DNA of 64,000 nucleotides from an uncultured Candidatus Saccharibacteria bacterium (GTDB lineage Bacteria > Patescibacteriota > Minisyncoccia > UBA6257 > GWB1-50-10), in contig CAYHGT010000001.1 of the NCBI GenBank assembly GCA_964356375.1, positions 9,221-73,220 of the forward strand. The letters are read 5' to 3'. The stretch's first letter is position 1, and each line of letters begins with the position of its first letter. A program made the translations under genes and the position numbers. Below the pieces are notes generated by a model that worked only from the letters and a program-made list of their open reading frames with translations, was not told the DNA's origin and did no database searches. Positions 45,440 through 55,164 of the stretch are shown here, piece by piece.

Positions 45440-47301
45440 TGAAAAAAAGACACATACAAATTGAAGACATCCTAAGCGACAAAGGGGTTGAGGAAAATTT
45501 GCGCGAGGTACCAATACCGCGCGCCTCATTTTTCGGCCTCATTGTGGTCGCGAGTATTGTCATAGCGGTTGCCACTGCGCAACTTTTGAATCTCAATATT
45601 CTTAAAGGCGGTTTTTACACAGAGCGCGCGCTTGATAATGTAAGTGACACAAAGGTGAAAGTGGCTCCGCGCGGCGTGATTGAGGATAGATTTGGAAAGC
45701 CGATTGTTGAGAACGCGCCGTCGTTCAATATATTTTTGTATCCTAGGCTTTTACCACAAGATGTAACCGCAAGAGACACCGCTCTTAGAAAAGTAAGCGT
45801 CATAATGAATGTAAATTTTGACGGGCTGTTTCAAAAACTTGAGGAACGCGATTGGAGTTTGAGCGATAGAATCTTACTCACGAGTGATGTTTCGCAGGAT
45901 GCGCTTGTTGCATTAAGCGCGAAGGATGGGCTCGGAATTCGTATTGAGGAAGGATTTAAGCGCACCACGCCATACGCATTTTCACAGGTTGCTGGTTATA
46001 CGGGACTTGTTGGTAGGGACGACTTGGATGCAAATAAGGCGCTTGCACTTGATGATCAGATAGGACGAAGCGGACTTGAGGCATATTACGATACTTTTTT
46101 GCGTGGCGAGAACGGGAAGGACGTGACATTTAAGAGCGCTGGCGGGGAGGTGAAAGATGAACGCGTAGAAAAAGAATCAAAGGCAGGTAAAAATGTGCGT
46201 ACCTACATAGATAGCGAATTTCAAACCTATTTTTATAATCGTCTTGCGGACCAATTGAAATCTATAGGTCGCGACATAGGACTTGGTATCGCAATAGACC
46301 CAAGGAATGGAGAGATATTGGCACTCGTGAATGTTCCTGGATTTGATATTAACAATGTAGGTCAGGCACTTGTGGACGCGCGTAAACCACTCTTTAATCG
46401 CGTAATCAGTGGCGTTTACAGCCCAGGTTCCACAATTAAACCTCTTGTTGCAATAGCCGCGCTTACTGAAAAGTTAATTGATCCAAAGAAGCAAATTCTT
46501 TCAATTGGATATATTGAACTCCCGAATCCATATAATCCTGACAAGCCAAGCAGATTTCTTGATTGGAAACCACATGGCTGGGTTGATATGTATTCTGCGC
46601 TCGCGCGCTCAAGTGATGTATATTTCTACGCGGTTGGTGGCGGGTTTAAGGACCAGAAAGGACTCGGAATTTATAAATTAAAAGAATGGTGGGATATGTT
46701 CGGGCTTGCGCAAAAAACGAACATAGATCTTCCGGGCGAGAAGGTGGGATTTTTGCCCGATCCAGAATGGAAGCAGAAAAAAACAGGTCAACCATGGCGT
46801 ATTGGTGATACATACAATGTTTCAATTGGACAAGGGGACTTTATGATTACGCCGATTGAGCTCATTAATTACATTGCGGCAATCGCAAATGGCGGGACAT
46901 TTTATAAACCACGCGTGGTGGAATCAATTAGTGATACGAAGGGCAATGAAGTTTTGCGCACCTACCCAAGCACTCTCGCGGACATTCGCGAAAAAATTAA
47001 GGACGCAATTCCTGATGTCCAGCAGGGAATGCGGGACGCGGTTCGCAAGTCCTATGGTACGGCCAATCTACTTTCCACGCTTCCCGTAGAGGTGGCGGGC
47101 AAAACGGGTACTGCGCAGATTGAAAATAATACAAAAACGAACGCATTTTTCGTGGGGTACGAACCCTACGTAAATCCGCAAATAGCTGTGCTTGTGCTTA
47201 TTGAAAACTCTAAGGAAGGAGACTCAAATACGATTCCGGTAGCCAGGGACGTAATGCTGTGGTACTATAATAACCGCTTAAAGGAAGGCATAAAAAACTA
47301 A
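45439..47301 (+). CDS. mrdA: Penicillin-binding protein 2 (transpeptidase)
   Basis: N-terminal TM and dimerisation domain. Transpeptidase motifs STIK, SxN-like and KTGTA. Confidence 0.85.
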   Translation: MKKRHIQIEDILSDKGVEENLREVPIPRASFFGLIVVASIVIAVATAQLLNLNILKGGFYTERALDNVSDTKVKVAPRGVIEDRFGKPIVENAPSFNIFLYPRLLPQDVTARDTALRKVSVIMNVNFDGLFQKLEERDWSLSDRILLTSDVSQDALVALSAKDGLGIRIEEGFKRTTPYAFSQVAGYTGLVGRDDLDANKALALDDQIGRSGLEAYYDTFLRGENGKDVTFKSAGGEVKDERVEKESKAGKNVRTYIDSEFQTYFYNRLADQLKSIGRDIGLGIAIDPRNGEILALVNVPGFDINNVGQALVDARKPLFNRVISGVYSPGSTIKPLVAIAALTEKLIDPKKQILSIGYIELPNPYNPDKPSRFLDWKPHGWVDMYSALARSSDVYFYAVGGGFKDQKGLGIYKLKEWWDMFGLAQKTNIDLPGEKVGFLPDPEWKQKKTGQPWRIGDTYNVSIGQGDFMITPIELINYIAAIANGGTFYKPRVVESISDTKGNEVLRTYPSTLADIREKIKDAIPDVQQGMRDAVRKSYGTANLLSTLPVEVAGKTGTAQIENNTKTNAFFVGYEPYVNPQIAVLVLIENSKEGDSNTIPVARDVMLWYYNNRLKEGIKN

Positions 47302-47303
47302 CT

Positions 47304-47777
47304 ATGATGGCATCACAAAACAAAAACTATCTCACAAAAGAGCGTCGCGACGAAATTGCGGCAGAAGTAACGAAGTTGAAAACCGAGGGGCGTAAAGCCG
47401 TTGCGGAGCGCTTAAAACAAGCAAAAGATTTGGGTGATTTGTCAGAAAATTCCGAATATCAGGAAGCACGTGAGGAACAATCACGCCTTGAGGCGCGCAT
47501 TAACGAGCTTGAAGATATTCTTCGCAATTCCGCCATATTCAAAAAAGAGAGTGGAGGAGGTGGAGTGGTGCGCATTGGTTCCGTGGTGAAGGTAAAAAAA
47601 GGAGCACATGTGACCGCATACACCATTGTGGGTTCAAACGAGGCAAAACCATTACAGGGGTTTGTCTCTAATGAATCTCCGATTGGAAAAGCGTTACTTG
47701 GCAAAAAGGCGGGCGACGCGGTGAGTGTGAATGCGCCGAGTGGCATCATAAAATACGATATTGTAGAGGTAGGATAA
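47304..47777 (+). CDS. greA: Transcription elongation factor GreA
   Basis: N-terminal coiled coil with the acidic tip LGDLSENSEY and an FKBP-like C-terminus. Confidence 0.85.
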   Translation: MMASQNKNYLTKERRDEIAAEVTKLKTEGRKAVAERLKQAKDLGDLSENSEYQEAREEQSRLEARINELEDILRNSAIFKKESGGGGVVRIGSVVKVKKGAHVTAYTIVGSNEAKPLQGFVSNESPIGKALLGKKAGDAVSVNAPSGIIKYDIVEVG

Positions 47778-47785
47778 TTTTTACT

Positions 47786-49234
47786 ATGTTAGACGAAATA
47801 CTTGAGGAACGCCGTAAAAAACTCGAGAAATATAAAGAGACCGCAAATCCATATCCGGCAGAAACGCGACGCGATATGTCGCTTTCTGATTTATCGGAGC
47901 GCTTCGTAGAACTTGAAAAGAAGGGGGGTGCACTTCAAATTGTAGGGCGTGTGAGCGCGTGGCGTGACCAGGGTAAGATTATTTTTTTAAATATTAAAGA
48001 TGAGCGTGGAAAGTTTCAGATTGTACTGAATGAAACGGAGTGTAGGGATTTTTCTCGCGCGCAAGACACGACAGATATCGGTGATTTTGTGGAAGCTTCC
48101 GGAATGCTCTTTACAACAAAGCGCGGTGAACAGAGTTTGCTCGCAAAGAATCTTCGTATCATCGCAAAAAATTTGCGACCATTGCCGTCCGAGTGGTACG
48201 GCATTGAGGACGTTGAGCTCAAATTGCGAAAGCGCTATCTGGATTTGGCATTGAATCCAGAAGTTCGCGAAATGTTTGTGAAGAAAGACATTTTTTGGAG
48301 CACCATCCGTGAGTTTTTGAAAAAAGAACAGTTTCATGAGGTAGAAACATCAGTGTTGGAATCGGTCCCAGGGGGTGCGGAGGCGGAGCCGTTTGTCACG
48401 CATCACAATGCGCTTGACCAGGATTTTTATCTTCGCATCTCGCTTGAGCTCCCATTGAAGCGCCTTCTCGTGGGTGGATTTGAAAAGGTATTTGAGATTG
48501 GTCGCATTTTTAGAAATGAGGGAATAGATCGCGAACATTTACAGGATTACACACAGATGGAATGTTACTCGGCGTACTGGAATTATGATGACATGATGAA
48601 GCTTACGCGTGAGATGTATCAGGCAACTGTTAAGAATATGTTCGGAACTCTTACGACGCACAGGGGTGATTTTGACATTGAGTGGGGTGGCGAGTGGCCG
48701 AAGGTTGATTATTATGAAGCATTTAAGCGCGAGGCGGGAATAGATTTAACTGACGCAACTGTAGATGATTTGAAAAAGAAAGCAAAGGAGCTTGGTATTA
48801 AACTTGAGCCGAAGCTTGGACGCGGGCGTCTTATTGATCTCATATACAAAAAAACAGTGCGTCCATTATTATTACAGCCGTGCTTTTTGGTGAATCCTCC
48901 AGCAGATATTGAGCCACTCGCAAAGCGGTTGGTAAATGACACGCACCGTGTGGCGCGTTTCCAGATAATCGCAGGAGGTACAGAGCTTGGAAAAGGATTT
49001 TCCGAATTGAATGACCCGATTGACCAGCGTGAACGATTTGAAGAACAGATGCAGTTGCGCGAGACGGGTGATCAAGAAGCGCAGATGATTGATGAGGACT
49101 TTGTGGAGGCGCTTGAATACGGTATGCCACCAGCGGCTGGGTTTGGCATGTCAGAGCGTCTTTTCGCGGTCTTAATGGATAAACCCGTCCGCGAAACGGT
49201 AATCTTTCCGCTTATGCGTAAGGAGGAAAAATAA
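47786..49234 (+). CDS. lysS: Lysyl-tRNA synthetase (class II)
   Basis: OB anticodon-binding N-terminus. Class II motifs (FRNEG, GGxGxGxDR-like). Confidence 0.9.
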   Translation: MLDEILEERRKKLEKYKETANPYPAETRRDMSLSDLSERFVELEKKGGALQIVGRVSAWRDQGKIIFLNIKDERGKFQIVLNETECRDFSRAQDTTDIGDFVEASGMLFTTKRGEQSLLAKNLRIIAKNLRPLPSEWYGIEDVELKLRKRYLDLALNPEVREMFVKKDIFWSTIREFLKKEQFHEVETSVLESVPGGAEAEPFVTHHNALDQDFYLRISLELPLKRLLVGGFEKVFEIGRIFRNEGIDREHLQDYTQMECYSAYWNYDDMMKLTREMYQATVKNMFGTLTTHRGDFDIEWGGEWPKVDYYEAFKREAGIDLTDATVDDLKKKAKELGIKLEPKLGRGRLIDLIYKKTVRPLLLQPCFLVNPPADIEPLAKRLVNDTHRVARFQIIAGGTELGKGFSELNDPIDQRERFEEQMQLRETGDQEAQMIDEDFVEALEYGMPPAAGFGMSERLFAVLMDKPVRETVIFPLMRKEEK

Positions 49235-49246
49235 TAAAACAAAATT

Positions 49247-50503
49247 ATGCTGGATATTACATTTATTAGAGAAAACGCGGAAAAGGTTAAAACGGGAATG
49301 GAGAGCAAGCATCAAGACCCCAAAATAGTAGATAAATTTTTGCGTCTTGATGAGGAGTGGCGCGCAAAGACAACCGCATATGACCAGCTGAAGGCCGAAC
49401 AAAATATATTAAGCAAGGAGCTTTCCGCGGGACAGAGCGAGAATCTTTTGAGCAAGGCGCAATTTTTGAAAAAACGTCTTGGGGACATTGAGACCGAACA
49501 GAACGATTTAAAGAAATTGCGTGATGATTTATTGTCACGCATTCCGAACATCCCGTTTGAGGATGTGACGATTGGCAAGGATGAGAGTGAAAACAAGGTG
49601 CTTCGCGAAGTGGGAACAAAGCCCGAGTTTGATTTTGCGCCGAAGGATTATTTGACGCTCGGTGAGAAGCTTGGACTTATTGATGTGAAACGCGCGTCCG
49701 AAGTTTCGGGAAGCCGGTTCGGATATATTTTGCGTGATGCCGCACTTTTAGAATTCGCACTTATTCAGCTCGCATTTGATACATTAACCAAAAAAGGATT
49801 TATTCCAGCCGTCCCGCCCGTAATGATTAAGCCGAAAGTATACGAGGGTATGGGGCGTTTGGCTGCAGACCAGAAAGATGAGCGATATTATTTTGAAAAA
49901 GATGACGTGTATCTCGTAGGAAGTTCGGAACATACGATGGGTCCGATACATATGAATGATGTGTTTGAGGAGGAAGCGCTTCCAAAACGATATGTGGCGT
50001 TCTCAACGTGCTTCAGGCGCGAAGCGGGTTCCTATGGAAAAGACACAAAAGGCATTTTGCGCGTACACCAGTTTGATAAGGTTGAGATGTTCTCGTTCGC
50101 ACATCCCGAACATTCCGAAGAGGAGCACAAGTTTTTGCTCTCGTGTCAGGAAGAATTAATGCAGAAGCTTGAGATTCCGTATCGCGTAGTAGAAATCTGC
50201 ACGGGTGATATGGGTTGGACGGACGCCCGCCAATTTGATGTGGAGACGTGGTTCCCCGGACAGGGAAGTTATCGTGAGACAAACTCATGCTCAAATACGA
50301 CCGATTTCCAATCGCGCGGAATGAATATTAAGTACAAAACAAAAGACGGCAATAAGAAACTTATCCATATGTTGAACGCCACGGGCTTTGCAATCGGCCG
50401 TGTGTTAATCGGAATCATTGAGAACGGCCAGACAAAAGAAGGGAATATTAGAGTTCCAAAAGTGCTTCAGGCGTATGTGGGAAAGGAAGTAATAGGAGAA
50501 TAA
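49247..50503 (+). CDS. serS: Seryl-tRNA synthetase
   Basis: N-terminal coiled-coil arm. Class II core with FRRE and GTG..R motifs. Confidence 0.9.
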   Translation: MLDITFIRENAEKVKTGMESKHQDPKIVDKFLRLDEEWRAKTTAYDQLKAEQNILSKELSAGQSENLLSKAQFLKKRLGDIETEQNDLKKLRDDLLSRIPNIPFEDVTIGKDESENKVLREVGTKPEFDFAPKDYLTLGEKLGLIDVKRASEVSGSRFGYILRDAALLEFALIQLAFDTLTKKGFIPAVPPVMIKPKVYEGMGRLAADQKDERYYFEKDDVYLVGSSEHTMGPIHMNDVFEEEALPKRYVAFSTCFRREAGSYGKDTKGILRVHQFDKVEMFSFAHPEHSEEEHKFLLSCQEELMQKLEIPYRVVEICTGDMGWTDARQFDVETWFPGQGSYRETNSCSNTTDFQSRGMNIKYKTKDGNKKLIHMLNATGFAIGRVLIGIIENGQTKEGNIRVPKVLQAYVGKEVIGE

Positions 50504-50516
50504 TTGGAAATAAAAA

Positions 50517-50543
50517 CTTCGCGAAACGCGGAGTTTTTTGTTT
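50517..50543 (+). terminator. Rho-independent terminator after serS
   Basis: CTTCGCG-AAA-CGCGGAG (one G-U pair) followed by TTTTTTG. Confidence 0.6.
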
Positions 50544-50639
50544 GACTTTCTAATAGGGTTATTGTAAAACAATTAAGTTATCAAATGCGATAACCTCTGT
50601 GGCACTTCTGTTACAGACCAGTCCTTTGAAAGGGGAAAT

Positions 50640-50912
50640 ATGCTATTTGTGCAATCTATTGCTTTGGTTTTGATTGTTGTCGCGGGAGTGGCTGGTGTTT
50701 TAGGGGCGGCCTCCATCTCCACGCTTGGACGTCGAAAGAGTTTCTGTTTTCTAGTGGGAACACTCATCTTCGTAACAACTGTTGTTGTTGCCAATGTGCC
50801 CATTAAGCCGGGAATTGTTAGGCTGAATCTGTCCGACGTTGTCTTTTACGTAGCTTGGACTTCGTGGGGGTTAGTATGGTTTAAGCGCGCAACATGGAAT
50901 GCACCAGAGTAA
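50640..50912 (+). CDS. Possible small membrane protein (90 aa)
   Basis: Two hydrophobic segments. Weak support; it could be non-coding. Confidence 0.3.
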   Translation: MLFVQSIALVLIVVAGVAGVLGAASISTLGRRKSFCFLVGTLIFVTTVVVANVPIKPGIVRLNLSDVVFYVAWTSWGLVWFKRATWNAPE

Positions 50913-50993
50913 CACTCAATATATCCGAGCTCCACACCAATGGGGCTCTTTTATTACAACGATGTGCACAAATCTTGTGCTACAATATGAATA

Positions 50994-51644
50994 ATGGAGT
51001 TTATTAAGAAAGTACTTTGGGCGGGAATTACTATCGCAATTATTTATTTCGGTTATCTTGCGTACATTAATTGGTGGAGTGCTGGTGGTTCGTTTGACCA
51101 AAAAAAACAAGCGGCGGAACAGTATGTCGCGCAAAAAAAAGACGAGGTAGCGAAACAAGTAGGTGCAAAAGCACAAGAATATACGGGTGTGGTAGTTCAG
51201 CAAGCAAAAACCGGCGTACTTGATTATGTAAAGCAAAAAATCTCGGACGGGCTCGCAAATGTGGGCGAGGGTCTTATTCATTCGGCGGAGTCATTGCTCG
51301 GCGCAAGTTCAACCGAAATTTTGCGTCCCGTGACCGTAGCGACTGTTGCGGGGAATAATGCGGGTAGTGTATCCAAGCCCACGGGTTCGGGATTCATAAC
51401 ACCCGCACCGCCCGCAACCATTACGACTAAGGTGGGTGCGCCAATTATATTCTCAATAAATCGTGGCACCACGTATTCAATTGATTGGGGAGATAAGACG
51501 AGCGACAAGGGGAGTGTGGATGTTGAATCGGTAAAGCTTGTAAGTCATGCGTGGGCGAACGGAGGCGACTTCAGTATAAAAATATCTGTGCGAGGCGGTG
51601 GCGTATCACAGGATTACACATTCCCAATTCGCGTATACCCATAA
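50994..51644 (+). CDS. Hypothetical secreted/membrane-anchored protein
   Basis: N-terminal TM/signal (VLWAGITIAIIYFGYLAYINWW); no family motif recognised. Confidence 0.5.
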   Translation: MEFIKKVLWAGITIAIIYFGYLAYINWWSAGGSFDQKKQAAEQYVAQKKDEVAKQVGAKAQEYTGVVVQQAKTGVLDYVKQKISDGLANVGEGLIHSAESLLGASSTEILRPVTVATVAGNNAGSVSKPTGSGFITPAPPATITTKVGAPIIFSINRGTTYSIDWGDKTSDKGSVDVESVKLVSHAWANGGDFSIKISVRGGGVSQDYTFPIRVYP

Positions 51645-51650
51645 TCTTCC

Positions 51651-52451
51651 ATGGCTTCATATTCCGATACAAATGAAATAACGACCCCTTCACGGCGTAG
51701 GATGCGCAGGCGACACGTAATTATATTTTGGTCTACAGCCATTGCGTCAGCCATTTTAATCGGTGGAATTATTTATCTTATTTATTTTTCAAGCATAATT
51801 AAAGTGAAACAATTCTCAATTCAGGGTAACCGCGTGGCGGGGAGTGAGGATTTGCAACAATTGCTTATTAAAAAACTTGATACGCGCGGATGGTTTAGAC
51901 GAGCATTTGGCAGCAGTAATATATTATACTGGGTGGGCGCAGGAGAGGTACGCGATTCAGGAATTCCCGCCGCAAGCGCTATCGTGGTTCACGTAAATAT
52001 TTTGAGTCGCGCGGTATCGGTGGAAATTAAAGAAAGAGAATTTGTGGGTATTTGGTGTGCAAAAACCTGCGTAGGATTTGATTCCGATGGCATCGCGTAT
52101 TTTTTGGCGCCAGACGTTGAGGGCTCACTACTTCTAAAGGTGTTAGACGAGAATGAAAACGAGTTGACACTTGGCAATCCGGTCTTTCCTGACGCTACGG
52201 CGCTCAAAAATATATTTTTGAGTATTGCAATTATAAAGGAAGACGGTATCCCGATTGATAAAGTGATTATTAGGGATATGACACTTCGCGAATGGGAATT
52301 ACAAAGTACGAAAGGTACGGTATTTAAGTTCAGCCTGGATTTTGTTCCTGAAAAACTGAAGAGTGTTCTAAACAATCTAAAAGAAAGAACAAAACCTGAG
52401 GATTTAAGCTATGTGGATTTGCGCGTGCAAAACAGAGTGTATTTCAAGTAA
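51651..52451 (+). CDS. FtsQ/DivIB-like cell-division protein (single N-terminal TM + POTRA-like domain)
   Basis: Arg-rich N-terminus, a TM, then KVKQFSIQGNRVAGSEDL...: a POTRA-like pattern. Moderate confidence. Confidence 0.45.
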   Translation: MASYSDTNEITTPSRRRMRRRHVIIFWSTAIASAILIGGIIYLIYFSSIIKVKQFSIQGNRVAGSEDLQQLLIKKLDTRGWFRRAFGSSNILYWVGAGEVRDSGIPAASAIVVHVNILSRAVSVEIKEREFVGIWCAKTCVGFDSDGIAYFLAPDVEGSLLLKVLDENENELTLGNPVFPDATALKNIFLSIAIIKEDGIPIDKVIIRDMTLREWELQSTKGTVFKFSLDFVPEKLKSVLNNLKERTKPEDLSYVDLRVQNRVYFK

Positions 52452-52467
52452 TTATGACCGATATGAT

Positions 52468-53307
52468 ATGATTAGTATATTGAGGTGGTTTAGAACACAT
52501 ATTAAGGAAGAAAGAAGCGGTTTTACGCTTATTGAACTTCTGCTTTACGCGGTTATTTTTGCGATAAGTTCTGTATTCCTAGTAAATATTTTGACGACCA
52601 TAACGCAAACCGAGGTCCGGCAGAACTCAATTAACGGCGTGAGTCAGCAGGTTTCGTTTGTGGCGGATACCGTGCAGCGCCTTGTGCGTCAAGCAAGTTT
52701 GATTGAAAATCCAGCGGGAGTTGCGAGTACTACTTTAGCGCTTCGCATGACTGCAACCTCTACGGATAAGACAACGATATATACTGATGCATCATCAACT
52801 GGAATATTCTTGAAACAAGTTGATATAAATGGAGTTGCGACCACAATTCCGCTTACGGACAGCAACGTGACGGTCGGCAATTTTACCATAACAAAGTTTG
52901 AAACTGCAGGCGGGCCGGCAATTGTGCAGGTTGACCTTACATTGAATTACAACACGACCATTGAAAGAGCAAAAATCGCGCGCTCATGGCATGGAGCTAT
53001 TACACGTATTTCCGCAGCGACGTTTGATTCCAATCTCGTCCCTAATTCATCAAACTCTTATGACTTGGGCGGTTCGGGTTCTACATGGAAAGATGGATAT
53101 TTTGCGGGTAATGCGTATATCACTGGAAAACTGGGAGTTGCGGGTGCATCGCTTGCTGGCACACTTTCCGCGATTAAATCCGCGGGTGATGTGGGATTTT
53201 CGTCTTCATCCTACGGCGTTGTGCTTGTATCGCCAAATACCACGTGTTATCGCTTGGGTGTGAGCAATGCGGGTCTCATTACCACAACTACGGTAACCTG
53301 TCCGTAA
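52468..53307 (+). CDS. Orphan type IV pilin / pseudopilin-like protein
   Basis: Start at the internal Met (MISILRWFRTHIKEERSG|FTLIELLLYAVIFAI): G-1, F+1, E+5 motif. C-terminal Cys pair (CYRLG...VTCP). Confidence 0.65.
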   Translation: MISILRWFRTHIKEERSGFTLIELLLYAVIFAISSVFLVNILTTITQTEVRQNSINGVSQQVSFVADTVQRLVRQASLIENPAGVASTTLALRMTATSTDKTTIYTDASSTGIFLKQVDINGVATTIPLTDSNVTVGNFTITKFETAGGPAIVQVDLTLNYNTTIERAKIARSWHGAITRISAATFDSNLVPNSSNSYDLGGSGSTWKDGYFAGNAYITGKLGVAGASLAGTLSAIKSAGDVGFSSSSYGVVLVSPNTTCYRLGVSNAGLITTTTVTCP

Positions 53308-53323
53308 TTTTCTAGGAATTTTA

Positions 53324-53354
53324 TCTCCCTCCGGGAGATGTCCCGTAGGGACAT
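53324..53354 (-). repeat. 31-nt double-hairpin repeat unit (TCTCCC-TCC-GGGAGA + ATGTCCC-GTA-GGGACAT), inverted copy of 41409-41439
   Basis: 30/31 identical to the reverse complement of the 41409-41439 unit; only one loop base differs. Confidence 0.6.
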
Positions 53355-53357
53355 ATA

Positions 53358-53383
53358 TAAAAATACCCCCGCATGAGCGGGGG
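53358..53383 (-). terminator. Rho-independent terminator for the minus-strand membrane ORF
   Basis: CCCCCGC-ATGA-GCGGGGG, with an A-run upstream on the plus strand (a T-run on the minus strand). Confidence 0.65.
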
Positions 53384-53391
53384 ATTGATGG

Positions 53392-53778
53392 CTACGAGCG
53401 TTTGTGTCCCCATTCTATGACTTTTATAAGAATAAAAGTGCCAATGGAGGTTAGAGCTCCGTTCACAAATACGACCTTCCATCCGAGTGGGAATACAATG
53501 GACAAAATCGCAATGAATGTGCCATAACAAAGACTAAGAAAGGGCGCGAGAATTGGCACGACCCAATCTTGGTGTGGTTCGCAATATTCGTCATAGAAAG
53601 CATAGAAACATTCCAAAAGATACAGCGCAAATAACGCAGTAAGAACACAACCCGTGAGTGCGGTGGCTTGGCTTACACCATGGGCGCTGATAGAAAACAG
53701 CCAGCATGTAGCTGAAAGGAAGGGGATTGGGATTAAATAACCCATTCTTCCGTTTTGCATAATGCTTAGTGATTGCAT
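53392..53778 (-). CDS. Hypothetical polytopic membrane protein (128 aa)
   Basis: Four predicted TM segments; no motif. Confidence 0.5.
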   Translation of the reverse strand: MQSLSIMQNGRMGYLIPIPFLSATCWLFSISAHGVSQATALTGCVLTALFALYLLECFYAFYDEYCEPHQDWVVPILAPFLSLCYGTFIAILSIVFPLGWKVVFVNGALTSIGTFILIKVIEWGHKRS

Positions 53779-53888
53779 AAATGCCTCCTTGGGGGATATG
53801 CGTCGTTTTTGACGCTGGTTTTTGATTGGTAAAGAACGTAATCATTATATCATTACTAAACAATAGTGTCAACACCATTTAAGCATTT

Positions 53889-53915
53889 TTAGCACTTGAC
53901 TAGGGTGAGTGCTAA
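53889..53915 (+). promoter_or_regulatory. CIRCE operator (HrcA binding site) overlapping the hrcA promoter
   Basis: TTAGCACTT-GACTAGGGT-GAGTGCTAA matches the consensus TTAGCACTC-N9-GAGTGCTAA. The embedded TTGACT lies 17 nt from TATACT (53919-53924). Confidence 0.8.
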
Positions 53916-53932
53916 TCCTATACTTCAATCTG

Positions 53933-54643
53933 ATGAAAGATCGGACGCGAGAGATTCTTGAGATTGCGGTTAAGGATTTCATACGACTCGGGAAGCCAAT
54001 CACCTCCGAGTATCTTTATGAACTTCATGATTTTGGCATTAAGCCTGCGATGATTCGCTGGGAGTTAAACGACCTTTCTGAAAACGGATTTTTTTTCCAG
54101 ACACACCCATCGGGTGGGCGATTTCCAACAAACAAAGCATATCGGTTTTTTGTAAACGAGCTTTTGGCGAATGAGAGCGTGGAGTCCCAAGCAGACACTG
54201 ATGTGACAAATAGCTTTTCTGACCAAGACACTAAAGAAATTGTGCACGGAATGTCCGAGTATTTAAATGGGTTGAGTGTTGGATACGACCTCGCATCCTC
54301 GGCGATATATGGAAGCGGTCTCAGAGATCTCCTCTCTCATTTAGAAACAAGCGCTAAGGAAGAAATTGTTGACGTGGTAAGAGATTTTGAAATGTTGGAA
54401 GAACGATTACTTAAAAAGCGAGATTGGTGGGAGGGAGAGGGTTTGTGGCCACGCGTTTTTATAGGAGAGAGTCCGGTAACGAAAAGTGAACATTTGTCTG
54501 TTGTGGTGGGAAGATATTTTTGCGATGGAAGAGATGTGCTTCTTTTCTCAATTGGACCAAAGAGAATGGACTATCAAAAATCAGTAAATCTTTTTAAAGC
54601 ACTGACAAAGTCGAAGGCAACAAAACAGAAGAAACACATATAA
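53933..54643 (+). CDS. hrcA: Heat-inducible transcription repressor HrcA
   Basis: The start is the internal Met MKDRTREILEIAVKDFIRLGKPITSEYL, a winged-HTH, followed by a ...THPSGGRFPT... region. It sits upstream of grpE-dnaK-dnaJ. Confidence 0.8.
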   Translation: MKDRTREILEIAVKDFIRLGKPITSEYLYELHDFGIKPAMIRWELNDLSENGFFFQTHPSGGRFPTNKAYRFFVNELLANESVESQADTDVTNSFSDQDTKEIVHGMSEYLNGLSVGYDLASSAIYGSGLRDLLSHLETSAKEEIVDVVRDFEMLEERLLKKRDWWEGEGLWPRVFIGESPVTKSEHLSVVVGRYFCDGRDVLLFSIGPKRMDYQKSVNLFKALTKSKATKQKKHI

Positions 54644-54645
54644 CC

Positions 54646-55146
54646 ATGGATGAAGAAATAAAAAAAGAAGAGGCGGGAGAGACAGAAATGGAGCAATTCA
54701 AAAAGGAGCGGGATGAGTATTTGGACGGATGGAAGAGAGCAAAAGCGGACCTTATCAATTTTAAAAAAGATGAAGCGGAGCGACTCACTGGATTCTTGAA
54801 GAGTGGGAACGAGAGTATTATTCGCGATTTGCTTGCAGTATTGGATAGTTTCACGCTTGGTATTATAGCGACTGAAAAGGAAAGCCCGGAGGCGATGAAG
54901 GGAATGGTGCTCATTAAGACCCAGCTTGAGGATACGCTCAGAAGACACGGACTTGAAAGTATATTGGTGGTGAAGGGCGAGATGTTTGACCCCGCAAAAC
55001 ACGAAGCAATCGGGGAGATACATTCGGAATATCCTGACGGCGCAGTAGCGGAAGAGGTAGAGAGTGGGTATACGCTTTATGACAAAGTAATACGGGCAGT
55101 AAAGGTCAGGGTTTCAAAAGGCAAGGATAGCGTTGAAAACAAATAA
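54646..55146 (+). CDS. grpE: Nucleotide exchange factor GrpE
   Basis: A coiled-coil and beta-domain pattern; the DnaK operon context supports the call. Confidence 0.85.
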   Translation: MDEEIKKEEAGETEMEQFKKERDEYLDGWKRAKADLINFKKDEAERLTGFLKSGNESIIRDLLAVLDSFTLGIIATEKESPEAMKGMVLIKTQLEDTLRRHGLESILVVKGEMFDPAKHEAIGEIHSEYPDGAVAEEVESGYTLYDKVIRAVKVRVSKGKDSVENK

Positions 55147-55164
55147 TTAAACAAATATAAATAT

